Position numbers and translations under genes: made by a program. A DNA stretch of 64,000 nucleotides from Candidatus Pelethousia sp. (GTDB taxonomy: Bacteria > Bacillota > Clostridia > Christensenellales > CAG-138), in NCBI GenBank assembly GCA_034928145.1, contig JAYFPE010000010.1, positions 27,882 to 91,881 on the forward strand, in the 5' to 3' direction. Positions 8,059 to 17,805 of this stretch are shown piece by piece. Numbering within the stretch: the first letter of the stretch is position 1; the number at the start of each line of letters is the position of its first letter. Under the pieces are notes generated by a model. That model did no database searches and was not told the DNA's origin. It saw only the letters and a list, made by a program, of their open reading frames with translations.

Positions 8059-9465
8059 GTGGCGCAGGTGTACGAAATCAAAAAGATTCGCAATTACGAA
8101 CAACTTATTGGAAAGGGCGATTCGATTGCCAGGCAAAAGGTTCTTCAGCTTATGGACGCGGTGCTTCAGGAAGTGGATGCGGGCAAACGCATCCGGGAAA
8201 TTATGCGGCTCGATGGCGACATCCTCACGGTGGGTTGCCGCACGTGGGATCTCGCGAAAAAGCGCAACATCTACCTGATTGGCGCGGGCAAGGCCTGCAA
8301 CGCCATGGCGGAGGCGGTTTGCGATATTCTGGGAGAGCGCATCACCAAGGGCATTATTTCTATCAAAATTCAAGAGGAAACCGATCGCTATTGTAACACG
8401 GAGGTTTACGTGGGCGGGCATCCGCTCCCCAACCGTGAGGGCATGGTGGCGGCCCAGCGCATGATCGAGCTGATCAACGCCGCGGGGCCGGAGGATCTGT
8501 TTGTGGCTGTAACATCGGGCGGCAGCTCGGCGCTTCTGACCTATCCCGTGGATGGCATCACCCTGGAGGAAGAAATCGTAGCCCAAGATTTGCTGCTCAA
8601 GAGTGGCGCGAAGATCGTGGAGATCAACGCAGTTCGCCGGCACATTTCCCGCACGAACGGGGGCAGGCTGGCCGAGCTTATTTGCAACCGGGCGGGCGCG
8701 GAGCTCATCAGCCTCATGGTGAGTGATGGCGTGGGCCTCCCCAGCACGGCGCAAAGGGGTGTTCCCACCACCTTTTCGGGCACGCCGGTGGCGCCGGACG
8801 CCACCACCATTCAGGATGCGCGCAATATGATTATTAACTACGACTTGGCCCAAAAGCTGCCGGCCAGCATTGTGGACTATGTGATGGACGATGCGCGCAT
8901 TCGCGAAACCCCCAAGGCGTTCGATGAAAAACTAACCACTTTCCTGGTGGGGAGCATTGCCGATTCCTGCGAAGCGGCGATTGAGGCGGCTGAAAAGATG
9001 GGCGATTCCATTATGGTGCTCACCACTTTTCTGGAAGGCGAAAGCCGGGAAGCGGGCCACCTTCTCTCCTCCATAGCCCGCGAAATCAAAACGCTCAACC
9101 GGCCCATCAAAGCGCCATGCTTTTTAGTTTGCGCGGGGGAAACCACCACCAGCATCAATACCCCGCCCGCCGGCATGGGAGGCCCCTCACAGGAATTGGT
9201 TCTGGGGTTCAGCATCGGCATCAAGGATTATCCCGGGGTGGCGGCGGCTTCCATCGATACAGAAGGAACGGATGGAACGACGATATACGCCGGCGGCATT
9301 TGCGATAGAACCACCTTCGGCGCGCTGGAAGCAGCCAGCATAAACGTTTACGAAGCGCTTCGGTCCCATGCGAGCGGCAACGCTCTCCTGGCCATTGGAG
9401 ATAACATTTTCACGGGGAACACGGGCACCAACCTATGCGACCTCAATGTGATTTACATTGCGTAA
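8059..9465 (+). CDS. MOFRL/DUF4147-family kinase (glycerate 2-kinase-like), paralogue 2
   Basis: 468-aa ORF with a GTG start at 8059 (GTG 8068 is an alternative). Same conserved blocks as paralogue 1: VYVGGHPLPN, EINAVRRHISRTNGG, SIDTEGTDGTT, GNTGTNLCDL. Confidence 0.85.
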   Translation: MAQVYEIKKIRNYEQLIGKGDSIARQKVLQLMDAVLQEVDAGKRIREIMRLDGDILTVGCRTWDLAKKRNIYLIGAGKACNAMAEAVCDILGERITKGIISIKIQEETDRYCNTEVYVGGHPLPNREGMVAAQRMIELINAAGPEDLFVAVTSGGSSALLTYPVDGITLEEEIVAQDLLLKSGAKIVEINAVRRHISRTNGGRLAELICNRAGAELISLMVSDGVGLPSTAQRGVPTTFSGTPVAPDATTIQDARNMIINYDLAQKLPASIVDYVMDDARIRETPKAFDEKLTTFLVGSIADSCEAAIEAAEKMGDSIMVLTTFLEGESREAGHLLSSIAREIKTLNRPIKAPCFLVCAGETTTSINTPPAGMGGPSQELVLGFSIGIKDYPGVAAASIDTEGTDGTTIYAGGICDRTTFGALEAASINVYEALRSHASGNALLAIGDNIFTGNTGTNLCDLNVIYIA

Positions 9466-9507
9466 ATGTAACTTAATTTCAAATAATCAAAAAAGGGGAT
9501 GTCAATC

Positions 9508-10794
9508 ATGCAAGGGAACAAGATTAAAGCGGTAAAGGCCAGGCAGGTACTCGATAGCAATGGCCGACCAGTGGTTGAAGTGGATATCGTTACCGAAAGC
9601 GGGCATTTGGGCCGGGCAGGCGCCTCCACCGGATCTTCCGTGGGCGCGAACGAATCCTTTGTGCTTAGAGATAACGATCCCAAGATCTTTTTCGGCACGA
9701 GCGTATACAAGGCGGTGGATAACGTGAACCGCGTGATAGCCCCCGCCCTGATCGGCATGGATGTGCACGACCAGGCCGGGATCGACAAGAAGATGATCGA
9801 GTTGGATGGCACCCGCTATAAAACCAACCTGGGCGGGAACGCCATCTTCGCAACATCTTCCGCCGTAGCTTACGCGGCGGCGGCATTTAACCGCAAGCCG
9901 CTTTTCCAGAACGTTGCGCAGGGCCCCGTCAAGTATGTGTTCTCCCTTTCCTCCAATGTGGTAAACGGCGGCACCTACGGGGATAAGACCCTGGCCTTCC
10001 AGGAATTCATGGTATTGCCACACAGCGTGCCCTCTGCGCATGAGGCCGTGCGTATCATCGTGGAAGTGTTCCACCATCTGGGGGAGGTTATCAAGAAATA
10101 CAACGGCAAACCTGCGGCCATGGGCAATTACAGCGGCTATGGCGCCCCCTCGGATGACCCCTTTGTGGTATTCGAAATGATCAGCCAAGCCGTAAAAGAT
10201 TTGGGCTACGAAAAGAATGTGGCCTATGCCATGGATTGCGCGAGCAGCGAGTATTACAACACCAAGGAAGGCGCTTATGAATACCGGGGCGAGCTGGTAG
10301 GCCGGGATAAGATCATTTCCATTCTTGCCGAGCTTTCCAACAAATACCCCATCGCCTTTGTGGAGGATGCGCTGGAGGAGGAGGATTTTGAGGGCTTTAA
10401 GCTGGCCAGCGAAAAAATTAACTCCGTGATCATCGGAGACGACTTCCTGTGTAGCAGCATGGATCGCTCGCAAAAGGCCGTGGAGATGGGCGCGGCCCGG
10501 GGCATGATTTTCAAGCCCAACCAGGCCGGTACCATTACCGAGGCCATGGAAACCGCCCGCTATATGATCGACAAGGGCCTTCTGGTGGTGCCCTCCGGCC
10601 GGGCTGGCGGCACGCTGGATTCCCCGGATAAGGAACTGGGCCTGGGGCTGGGCTGCTACACCGTTAAAAGCGGCGCGCCCCGCAGCGGCGACCGGACGGC
10701 AAACCTGAATTTTGCCATGCGGGTGGAAGAAGAGCTGGGCATCCCCATGATCAACATCGTAGACCTGCCGATTTTCAGCCACTTGAAACGCTAG
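9508..10794 (+). CDS. divergent enolase-family protein (enolase paralogue with altered catalytic residues)
   Basis: ORF 9499..10794. ATG 9508 is preferred because AAGGGG lies 9 nt upstream. Collinear with canonical enolase over its full length (VLDSNGRPVVEVD, GASTG, DQAGIDKKMIELDG, FQEFMVLP, AMDCASSEYY, VEDALEE, IGDDF, FKPNQAG, VKSG, RVEEELG). NGGEHAD is replaced by NGGTYGD, GDEGGYAP by GNYSGYGAP, and SHRSGETED by SGRAGGTLD. Confidence 0.85.
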   Translation: MQGNKIKAVKARQVLDSNGRPVVEVDIVTESGHLGRAGASTGSSVGANESFVLRDNDPKIFFGTSVYKAVDNVNRVIAPALIGMDVHDQAGIDKKMIELDGTRYKTNLGGNAIFATSSAVAYAAAAFNRKPLFQNVAQGPVKYVFSLSSNVVNGGTYGDKTLAFQEFMVLPHSVPSAHEAVRIIVEVFHHLGEVIKKYNGKPAAMGNYSGYGAPSDDPFVVFEMISQAVKDLGYEKNVAYAMDCASSEYYNTKEGAYEYRGELVGRDKIISILAELSNKYPIAFVEDALEEEDFEGFKLASEKINSVIIGDDFLCSSMDRSQKAVEMGAARGMIFKPNQAGTITEAMETARYMIDKGLLVVPSGRAGGTLDSPDKELGLGLGCYTVKSGAPRSGDRTANLNFAMRVEEELGIPMINIVDLPIFSHLKR

Positions 10795-10850
10795 TATAAA
10801 TGCCTGAACGTAAAAGGCTTTTACTAAAAAATAAAAAGGAGAGAAAACAA

Positions 10851-12488
10851 ATGAAGAAGCTACTCAAAAATGGGTTAATGCTGTTCGTATGCGCCATGAT
10901 GCTGCTCACCCTGGTTGCCTGTGCCAAGCAAAGCCAGCCAGCGGCCCCGGGCACCGCACCCGCCGAGCAGAGTGGCAACCCGCTGGCCACCGAAGACGGA
11001 TTCGGCATGATCGTTTCCGCCGACCCCACCGGTATCGTGTCCAGCAAGGATTCCATGACGGTGGTCGTTGCCGCGGATCCCGGTTCGCTGGATCCGCATG
11101 ACAACGTGCAGCAGCAAAAGCACCAGTCCACCCGCCAGATTTATGAGACCCTTGTCGTTTACAATGACAACGGCGAGCTCATTCCCTGGCTGGCTGAAAG
11201 CTGGGAGTATGAGAACGACTTAACGCTGGTGTTCCACATTCGCAAGGGCGTTAAGTTCCACAATGGGGACGAGCTCAAGGCCAGCGACGTTCTCTTCTCC
11301 TTCAAGCGGATGCGTAGCGACAACACGCCCGCCGCCATGCAGGTGAACAAGGTGGATTTTGACAAGTGCGAAGTGGTGGATGATTACACCCTTAAGCTTG
11401 TTACCTCCGAGCCCTATGCCTTGCAGCTTCCCATGCTGGAGAACCCCCTGTGCGGCATCATCAGCGAGCGCAGCTATACGGAAAGCAAGGGCGATTTCAA
11501 CGCTTCCCCCGTGGGCACCGGCCCTTATAAAGTTGTGAAGTTCGTTGCGGGCGATAGCCTTACCCTGGAAGGCTTTGACGGCTACTGGATCGCCGGCCAG
11601 CCCTATGTTAAGCACGTGACCCTGCGCTACATCAACGATTCTTCCTCCCGCGCGATCGAGGCGGAGAGCGGCGGAAGTGATATCGTATACGAGATCAGTG
11701 CGAACGATGTGGACCGCGTGCGGGAAAACCCCAACATCAACCTGGTTTCCGCCATGGGCGCGAACACCAGCTACCTGTATATGAACCTGGCCCATGCCCC
11801 GCTGGATAACATAAAGGTGCGCGAGGCCATATGGTATGCGCTGGATGTCCCCGGTGCGATCGATGTGGCTTACGGCAGCTTCGGCAAACTAGCCGATGGC
11901 GTGATCTCCCCCGGCATCGACGGCCGCCACCCGGATATGAGCGCCTACTTCCCCAAGCAGGATCTGGAAAAGGCCAAGGCGCTTCTCGCGGAAGCCGGCT
12001 TCCCGAATGGTTTCACCACCGAGATTTCCTGCAACAGCTCCGACCAGCAGCGCAAGGATTTTGCTGAGGCCATTCAGGCGCAGTTGGCGCAGGTTGGCAT
12101 TACCCTTAACATCAACGTGATGGATACTTCCACCTTCGCCACCTACCTTTCTGAAGGCAAGGGCAAGATGTGCATCTATGGCCTGACCGCCAGCACCGGC
12201 GAGGCCGGCCGTACCCTGTTCCGCTGGCTGCCGGATACCTCCGAATGGCCCCTGTCAAGCTGGGAGAGCCAAGAGTATTATGATCTAATCAGCAAGGCGC
12301 TGGTTACCACCGATACTGCCGCGCGCAACGAGATGTACTACCGCTGCCAGGAGATGCTGATGGAGAACTTCATCGTTTATCCCGTGTGGCACAAAGAGCT
12401 CAACGCGGCATGCCAGCCCGGCATCGCAGGCTTCCGGATCACGCCCTCTTACGAGCAGCACTATCTGCAGTTCGTATACTTCCAATAA
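10851..12488 (+). CDS. ABC transporter substrate-binding lipoprotein, family 5 (Opp/Dpp/Nik-type)
   Basis: Start placed at ATG 10851 (AAGGAG upstream). Signal peptide plus lipobox MKKLLKNGLMLFVCAMMLLTLVAC. About 545 aa, with family-5 SBP features. Confidence 0.85.
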   Translation: MKKLLKNGLMLFVCAMMLLTLVACAKQSQPAAPGTAPAEQSGNPLATEDGFGMIVSADPTGIVSSKDSMTVVVAADPGSLDPHDNVQQQKHQSTRQIYETLVVYNDNGELIPWLAESWEYENDLTLVFHIRKGVKFHNGDELKASDVLFSFKRMRSDNTPAAMQVNKVDFDKCEVVDDYTLKLVTSEPYALQLPMLENPLCGIISERSYTESKGDFNASPVGTGPYKVVKFVAGDSLTLEGFDGYWIAGQPYVKHVTLRYINDSSSRAIEAESGGSDIVYEISANDVDRVRENPNINLVSAMGANTSYLYMNLAHAPLDNIKVREAIWYALDVPGAIDVAYGSFGKLADGVISPGIDGRHPDMSAYFPKQDLEKAKALLAEAGFPNGFTTEISCNSSDQQRKDFAEAIQAQLAQVGITLNINVMDTSTFATYLSEGKGKMCIYGLTASTGEAGRTLFRWLPDTSEWPLSSWESQEYYDLISKALVTTDTAARNEMYYRCQEMLMENFIVYPVWHKELNAACQPGIAGFRITPSYEQHYLQFVYFQ

Positions 12489-12539
12489 GAGCATAGAACA
12501 TAGGCATTGACATTCGCACGTAGTACTCCTGATAAAAGG

Positions 12540-12578
12540 GCTACGCAGGCTGCCTATCCTGCCTGCGTAGCATCTTTT
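12540..12578 (+). terminator. intercistronic hairpin / partial terminator between the SBP and permease genes
   Basis: GCTACGCAGG (12540-12549) pairs with CCTGCGTAGC (12562-12571), followed by ATCTTTT. Confidence 0.5.
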
Positions 12579-12615
12579 GATATGAAATCGAACTATATTT
12601 AGGTGGTGTGAATCT

Positions 12616-13614
12616 TTGATTCGATATATTTTAAAACGAATTCTTATGATGCTTCCCGTCCTCGTGGGGATAATCACCATCGTGTTTACATTAATGTATT
12701 TCACGCCTGGAGATCCCGCGTTATCCATTCTGGGTGAAAACGCAACCCCGGAGCAGGTGTCGCAGATTCACCAAGAGTTGGGATTAGATGATCCGTACAT
12801 CGTGCGCCTGGGGCGGTATCTTTGGAATGCCGCGCAGGGCGATTTTGGCACCTCCTATAGAACCGGCAACCCGGTTATCCAGGAGATTATGGATCGTTAT
12901 CCCAACACCTTAAAACTGGCTGTTCTGAGCACATTCTTAGGCATCATCATCGGGGTTACGGCGGGCATCATATCCGCTGTGCGCCAATATTCCTTCCTTG
13001 ATAGAGCCCTGACTACCTTTTCCCTTTTCGGTGTGTCCGCGCCTTCCTTCTGGATCGCGATGCTGCTGGTTCTGCTTTTTTCGCTAAATTTTAAGTGGCT
13101 GCCGGCCACGGGAAGCTACGGCCCTATTTATTGGGTGCTGCCGGTGTTTACGCTGGGCCTGCAGGCGAGCGCCTCCATCATGCGCATGACCCGCTCCAGT
13201 ATGCTGGAGGTTATCCGGCAGGATTACGTGCGCACCAGCAAGGCCAAGGGGCAAAGCAGCTTCCTTACCATTATGCGGCACGCCTTCAAAAATGCCCAGG
13301 TGCCCATCGTAACGACCATCGGCATTCGTATTACCGGCTTTTTGGCGGGCGCGGTGCTGGTGGAAACCGTATTTGCGATCCCCGGCCTTGGCAAGTATAT
13401 TGTGGATAGCGTTGGGTTTAAGGATTACCCCGTTGTTCAGGGCGGCGTTTTGTGGATCGGCTTCAACTGCGTGGTGATCAACCTGCTGGTGGATATTATC
13501 TACTGCCTCATTGATCCGCGCGTTAAATCGCAATATGCATCTAAGAAAAAGAAAAAGCCCGCGGCCCTAAGCGCAAGGCCGGCCGAGGAATGCGGAGGTG
13601 AGGATCGTGGTTGA
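12616..13614 (+). CDS. ABC transporter permease (DppB/OppB-like)
   Basis: 332-aa ORF with a TTG start after AGGTGG. N-terminal MIRYILKRILMMLPVLVGIITIVF..FTPGDP is typical of DppB-type permeases. Six TM segments. Confidence 0.85.
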   Translation: MIRYILKRILMMLPVLVGIITIVFTLMYFTPGDPALSILGENATPEQVSQIHQELGLDDPYIVRLGRYLWNAAQGDFGTSYRTGNPVIQEIMDRYPNTLKLAVLSTFLGIIIGVTAGIISAVRQYSFLDRALTTFSLFGVSAPSFWIAMLLVLLFSLNFKWLPATGSYGPIYWVLPVFTLGLQASASIMRMTRSSMLEVIRQDYVRTSKAKGQSSFLTIMRHAFKNAQVPIVTTIGIRITGFLAGAVLVETVFAIPGLGKYIVDSVGFKDYPVVQGGVLWIGFNCVVINLLVDIIYCLIDPRVKSQYASKKKKKPAALSARPAEECGGEDRG

Positions 13615-14485
13615 TACCGTAGAAAAAATCCCTCTAAAAAAGAAAAAGATATCCCTCGCCCAAGAGGTGATCAAGCGGCTCATGCGCAATAAGATGGCTG
13701 TGGCCGGCCTGGTTATTTTGGTTGTGGTGCTGCTTTCCTCCCTGCTTGCGCCCTTGCTTTCGCCCTATGACTATGCCACACAGAATTATGGGGAACGCTT
13801 TGTTTTCCCAAATTGGGCACATCCCTTTGGAACGGATAACTTTGGTCGGGATATTCTGACCAGGGTTCTCTATGGCGGCCGGTATACGCTCTTTATCGCG
13901 TTTGTGGTTACCAGCATCGCGGCCGTGGCCGGGGCGCTTGTGGGGCTGTTCGCGGCCTATTTCCCCAAGAGCGATAACATTCTGATGCGCACCATCGATA
14001 TCTTCATGGGCATTCCCCAGATGATGATGTGCGTGAGCATCATCGCGGCGCTGGGCGGCAGTATGAAAAACATGATGATTGCGCTAACGATTACGGCAAC
14101 GCCCGAGTTCGCCCGGATCATGCGGGCGCAGGTGCTTACCCTTAAGGACCAGGAGTTTGTGGAAGCCGCCCGCTCGATCGGCGGCAGTAATCTGCGCATC
14201 ATGTTCCGCCACATCCTTCCCAATGCGTTGGCGCCCATTATCGTGCAATATACCCTGGGCGCGGTCAATACCATCCTGATGAGCGCATCTTTGAGCTTCG
14301 TGGGCATGGGTGTGCAGCCGCCCACGCCGGAGTGGGGCCTGATGATATCCGCAGGTCGCGCCTACCTGCGTGATTATTGGTATGTGGCCATCCTCCCGGG
14401 CCTGGCCATCATCGTGGCGTCCTATGCGTTGAATCTGCTGGGCGATGGATTGAGGGACGCCCTTGACCCGCGCCTAAAGCGATAA
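13598..14485 (+). CDS. ABC transporter permease (DppC/OppC-like)
   Basis: 295-aa ORF that overlaps the upstream permease by 17 nt. Contains [10 protein letters not shown] and an EAA-like loop ([24 protein letters not shown]). Confidence 0.85.
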   Translation: MRIVVDTVEKIPLKKKKISLAQEVIKRLMRNKMAVAGLVILVVVLLSSLLAPLLSPYDYATQNYGERFVFPNWAHPFGTDNFGRDILTRVLYGGRYTLFIAFVVTSIAAVAGALVGLFAAYFPKSDNILMRTIDIFMGIPQMMMCVSIIAALGGSMKNMMIALTITATPEFARIMRAQVLTLKDQEFVEAARSIGGSNLRIMFRHILPNALAPIIVQYTLGAVNTILMSASLSFVGMGVQPPTPEWGLMISAGRAYLRDYWYVAILPGLAIIVASYALNLLGDGLRDALDPRLKR

Positions 14486-14498
14486 AGGAGGGATGAAC

Positions 14499-15488
14499 AT
14501 GCACCCGCAAGAACAAACGCTGCTGCAAATCAAAGAATTGGTTGTGCACTATATTGTGGATAAAGATGTTGTGGAATCCGTAAACAACATTACGCTTTCC
14601 CTAAACGAGGGGGAAACGCTGGGCCTAGTGGGTGAAACCGGCGCCGGCAAAACCACCACGGCATTGAGCATTATGGGGCTTATCCCCAACCCGCCGGGCA
14701 AGGTCGTGGGCGGTGAAATCTTCTATAACGGGCTGGACCTGCTCAAAAAAACGGATAAGGAGATGAGAAAGATACGGGGCAAGGATATTGCCATGATCTT
14801 TCAAGACCCCATGACCTCCCTTAACCCTGTTATTACCGTGGGCGATCAGATCATGGAGGCGATCCAGCTCCACGAAAAGAGCAGTAAGGCCGAGGCCGCG
14901 GCCAAGGCAAAGCAAATGCTGGAGCTTGTGGGCATTTCCGGCGAGCGGTATGGGGAATACCCCCATCAGTTCTCCGGCGGCATGAAGCAGCGCGTGGTAA
15001 TTGCCATGGCGCTGGCCTGCAACCCCCGGATTCTCATTGCGGATGAGCCCACCACCGCGCTAGATGTAACCATCCAGGCGCAGGTGCTGGATATGATGAA
15101 GCGGCTCAAGAGCGAATACAACACGGCTATGCTGCTTATTACCCATGACTTGGGCGTGGTGGCCGAGGTGTGCGATAAGGTTGCCATCATGTATGCGGGG
15201 GAGATCGTGGAAAACGGTGCGCTGCGGGATGTGTTCGGCCAGCCTTCCCATCCTTATACCCTGGGCCTGTTCAACTCCATTCCGGATTTGGACTCCACGG
15301 CGGAAAGGCTGCAAGCCATAAGCGGCCTGGTTCCGGATCCTTCCAACCTGCCGAGCGGGTGCAGGTTCCATCCCCGCTGCCAGTATGCGATGGAAAGGTG
15401 CGCACAGCAGAACCCGCCTGCCTTTGAAATGACGCCGGAGCACCATGTGAAGTGCTGGAAATTTGCCAAGGATGAGGGGGCGCGGTAA
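14499..15488 (+). CDS. ABC transporter ATP-binding protein (DppD/OppD-like)
   Basis: Walker [10 protein letters not shown], signature FSGGMKQR, Walker [13 protein letters not shown], and the C-terminal oligopeptide-type extension. ATG 14499 is preferred over 14493 on RBS spacing. Confidence 0.9.
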   Translation: MHPQEQTLLQIKELVVHYIVDKDVVESVNNITLSLNEGETLGLVGETGAGKTTTALSIMGLIPNPPGKVVGGEIFYNGLDLLKKTDKEMRKIRGKDIAMIFQDPMTSLNPVITVGDQIMEAIQLHEKSSKAEAAAKAKQMLELVGISGERYGEYPHQFSGGMKQRVVIAMALACNPRILIADEPTTALDVTIQAQVLDMMKRLKSEYNTAMLLITHDLGVVAEVCDKVAIMYAGEIVENGALRDVFGQPSHPYTLGLFNSIPDLDSTAERLQAISGLVPDPSNLPSGCRFHPRCQYAMERCAQQNPPAFEMTPEHHVKCWKFAKDEGAR

Positions 15489-15489
15489 T

Positions 15490-16452
15490 ATGGAAACCTT
15501 ATTGGAAGTTAAGCATCTTAAAAAACATTTTAACACTAAGTCCGGCTTGCTCCACGCGGTGGATGACATCAGCTTCACTCTGGAAAAAGGCAAGACCCTT
15601 GGTGTGGTGGGGGAATCCGGCTGCGGCAAATCCACCCTGGGCCGGGTTATCCTACACCTGTTGGAGGCAACGGAGGGGCAGATCCTGTTCAAGGGGCAGG
15701 ATATATCCAAGCCCGGCAAAAGAGAGCTGCACCATTTGCGCCGGAATATGCAGATGGTGTTCCAGGATCCTTTCTCCTCCCTGAACCCGCGCTTTTCCGT
15801 GGCGGAAATCATCGGGGAGCCCCTACTGATCTATAAGGCCTGCAAAACCAAAGAGAAATACCGGGATAGGGTGCGCAACATAATGGAAACCGTAGGCCTG
15901 CCCGAGCGGTATGAAAACGTATATCCCCATGAGCTGGATGGCGGCCGCCGCCAGCGCATCGGCCTGGGCCGGGCTCTAGCCCTGAACCCGGAGTTTATTA
16001 TTTGCGATGAGCCCGTATCGGCCTTGGATGTATCCATCCAGGCCCAAATTCTTAACCTTTTGCAGGATTTGCAAGCGAAGCGGAACCTGACCTATATTTT
16101 CGTTACCCACGATCTATCCGTGGTCAAGCATATCTCGGATGAGATCATGGTTATGTATCTTGGGGTTATGGTGGAAAAGTGCCCCTCCGCGGATCTGTTT
16201 GCCAAGCAGCTCCACCCTTACACAAAGGCTTTGCTCAGCGCCATTCCGCAGGCCAAGTTGGATATAAAGCGGGATCGCATCCTGCTTAGGGGCGAGTTGA
16301 CTTCCCCCATCAATCCGGCCCCCATATGCCGGTTCGCAGCCCGCTGCAACTATGCCTGCGATGCGTGCCTGCAAAAGCAGCCACCGCTGGAGGAAGTGCT
16401 GCCCGGCCATTTTGTGGCGTGCCACAGGGTTCGCGAGATCAACGATTTATAA
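15490..16452 (+). CDS. ABC transporter ATP-binding protein (DppF/OppF-like)
   Basis: Start at METLLEVKHLKK, 1 nt after the upstream stop. Walker A GESGCGKST, Walker B FIICDEPVSALD, and a Cys-rich C-terminal tail. Confidence 0.9.
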   Translation: METLLEVKHLKKHFNTKSGLLHAVDDISFTLEKGKTLGVVGESGCGKSTLGRVILHLLEATEGQILFKGQDISKPGKRELHHLRRNMQMVFQDPFSSLNPRFSVAEIIGEPLLIYKACKTKEKYRDRVRNIMETVGLPERYENVYPHELDGGRRQRIGLGRALALNPEFIICDEPVSALDVSIQAQILNLLQDLQAKRNLTYIFVTHDLSVVKHISDEIMVMYLGVMVEKCPSADLFAKQLHPYTKALLSAIPQAKLDIKRDRILLRGELTSPINPAPICRFAARCNYACDACLQKQPPLEEVLPGHFVACHRVREINDL

Positions 16453-16478
16453 ATTTATAAATAGAGGAGACTGTTAAA

Positions 16479-17654
16479 ATGCACGTTACAGAGGTAAATG
16501 TTTACCTGGTTGATACAGGCAGTTTTCGCCCGGTCGTTGTGGAGCTAGTTACGGATGAAAACATTGTAGGCATAGGCGAGGGTGCCGTAGGCTTTGGCGT
16601 GGGTTGCCACGGAGCCGCCCACATGGCTGCAGAACTGGCCGAGCGGTTTGTGATTGGTAAGGATCCTTCTGCCATCGCCTCCATTTGGAACGATTTCTAT
16701 TACGATACCTTCTGGGGCAAGGGCGCGGGCGCCATCTTTTATGCGGCCGTAAGCGCCATAGAGCAGGCGCTTTGGGATATCAAGGGCAAGGCGCTGGGCG
16801 TGCCGGTCTACGAGCTTTTGGGCGGTAAGCAGCGGGATAAAATCCGCGTTTACGCCAACGGCTGGTCCGAGGGCAAGTGCGTAACCGCACAGGATTTTGC
16901 CGACCGGGCGGTAGAGGTGGTGGAGCAGGGCTACACCGCCATCAAGATGTATCCCCTCAGCCAGATCGATCCGATCCGGGGCCTGAACAGGCATCTAAAA
17001 AACCGGGAGGTCAGCAAGGCGGATTTTCGCAGAGCCGTGGATGCGGTGCGCCTAGTTCGTGAGGCCGTTGGACCGGATATCGATATCATGGTGGATGTTA
17101 CGGCGGAGGGCACAACGGACGCCATGTTCCAGTTGGCCCAGGCCATTGAACCCTATGATATTTTCTGGTTTGAAGAGGCCATGGACGCCTTTGATGTAGA
17201 TGCCTACATGACGGTTCGCCAAAAGACCAACCTTACCCTGACGACCGGGGAACGCCTTTATACCCGATATGGCTTCCGCCGCCTGTTTGAAACGCGCGCG
17301 GTGGATATCGTGCAGCCCGATCCCGGCACTTGTGGCGGCATCCTGGAGCTTTTTCACATTGCGGCAACGGCAGAGACCTATAACATGCGCGTGGCGCCCC
17401 ACAACTGCGGCGGCCCGGTACTTTGCGGCGCGGCCCTCCAGCTCGCGGCCTGCGTGAGCAACCTTGCCATCCAGGAGATCTTCCCCTTCCATGGGGATAT
17501 GCACTACTCTATTGTGGAAGAAGCGTTTGAGAAAAAGGTAAATAATGGATATGTGGATGTACCCACGGCCCCCGGCCTGGGCATAACGCTCAACCACAAG
17601 GTGGTGGATCCGTTCCGCATCGCGCACATAACCCTCAAAAACAGGGGCGCTTAA
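16479..17654 (+). CDS. enolase-superfamily (mandelate racemase/muconate lactonizing enzyme) protein, DgoD-like acid-sugar dehydratase
   Basis: 391-aa ORF. [27 protein letters not shown]. Metal-ligand blocks DIMVDV, FWFEEA, TTGERLY. VQPD and VAPHNCGGP align by eye with E. coli DgoD. Confidence 0.8.
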   Translation: [391 protein letters not shown]

Positions 17655-17753
17655 GGGAAACTCAGGACAGCTCGCTTCCGGGGTATTCTCACTTCTACCG
17701 CTTCACTATCCTGCCAAAGGGGCTGTCATGCTAAGCGACAGCTCAGCATAAAA

Positions 17754-17790
17754 ACGAGCCGGGGCAAGTAATGCCAAGGCTCGTTTTTTC
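17754..17790 (+). terminator. rho-independent terminator closing the ABC/dehydratase operon
   Basis: ACGAGCC (17754-17760) pairs with GGCTCGT (17778-17784), followed by TTTTTT. Confidence 0.65.
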
Positions 17791-17805
17791 GTGTAAATTG
17801 GGTAT

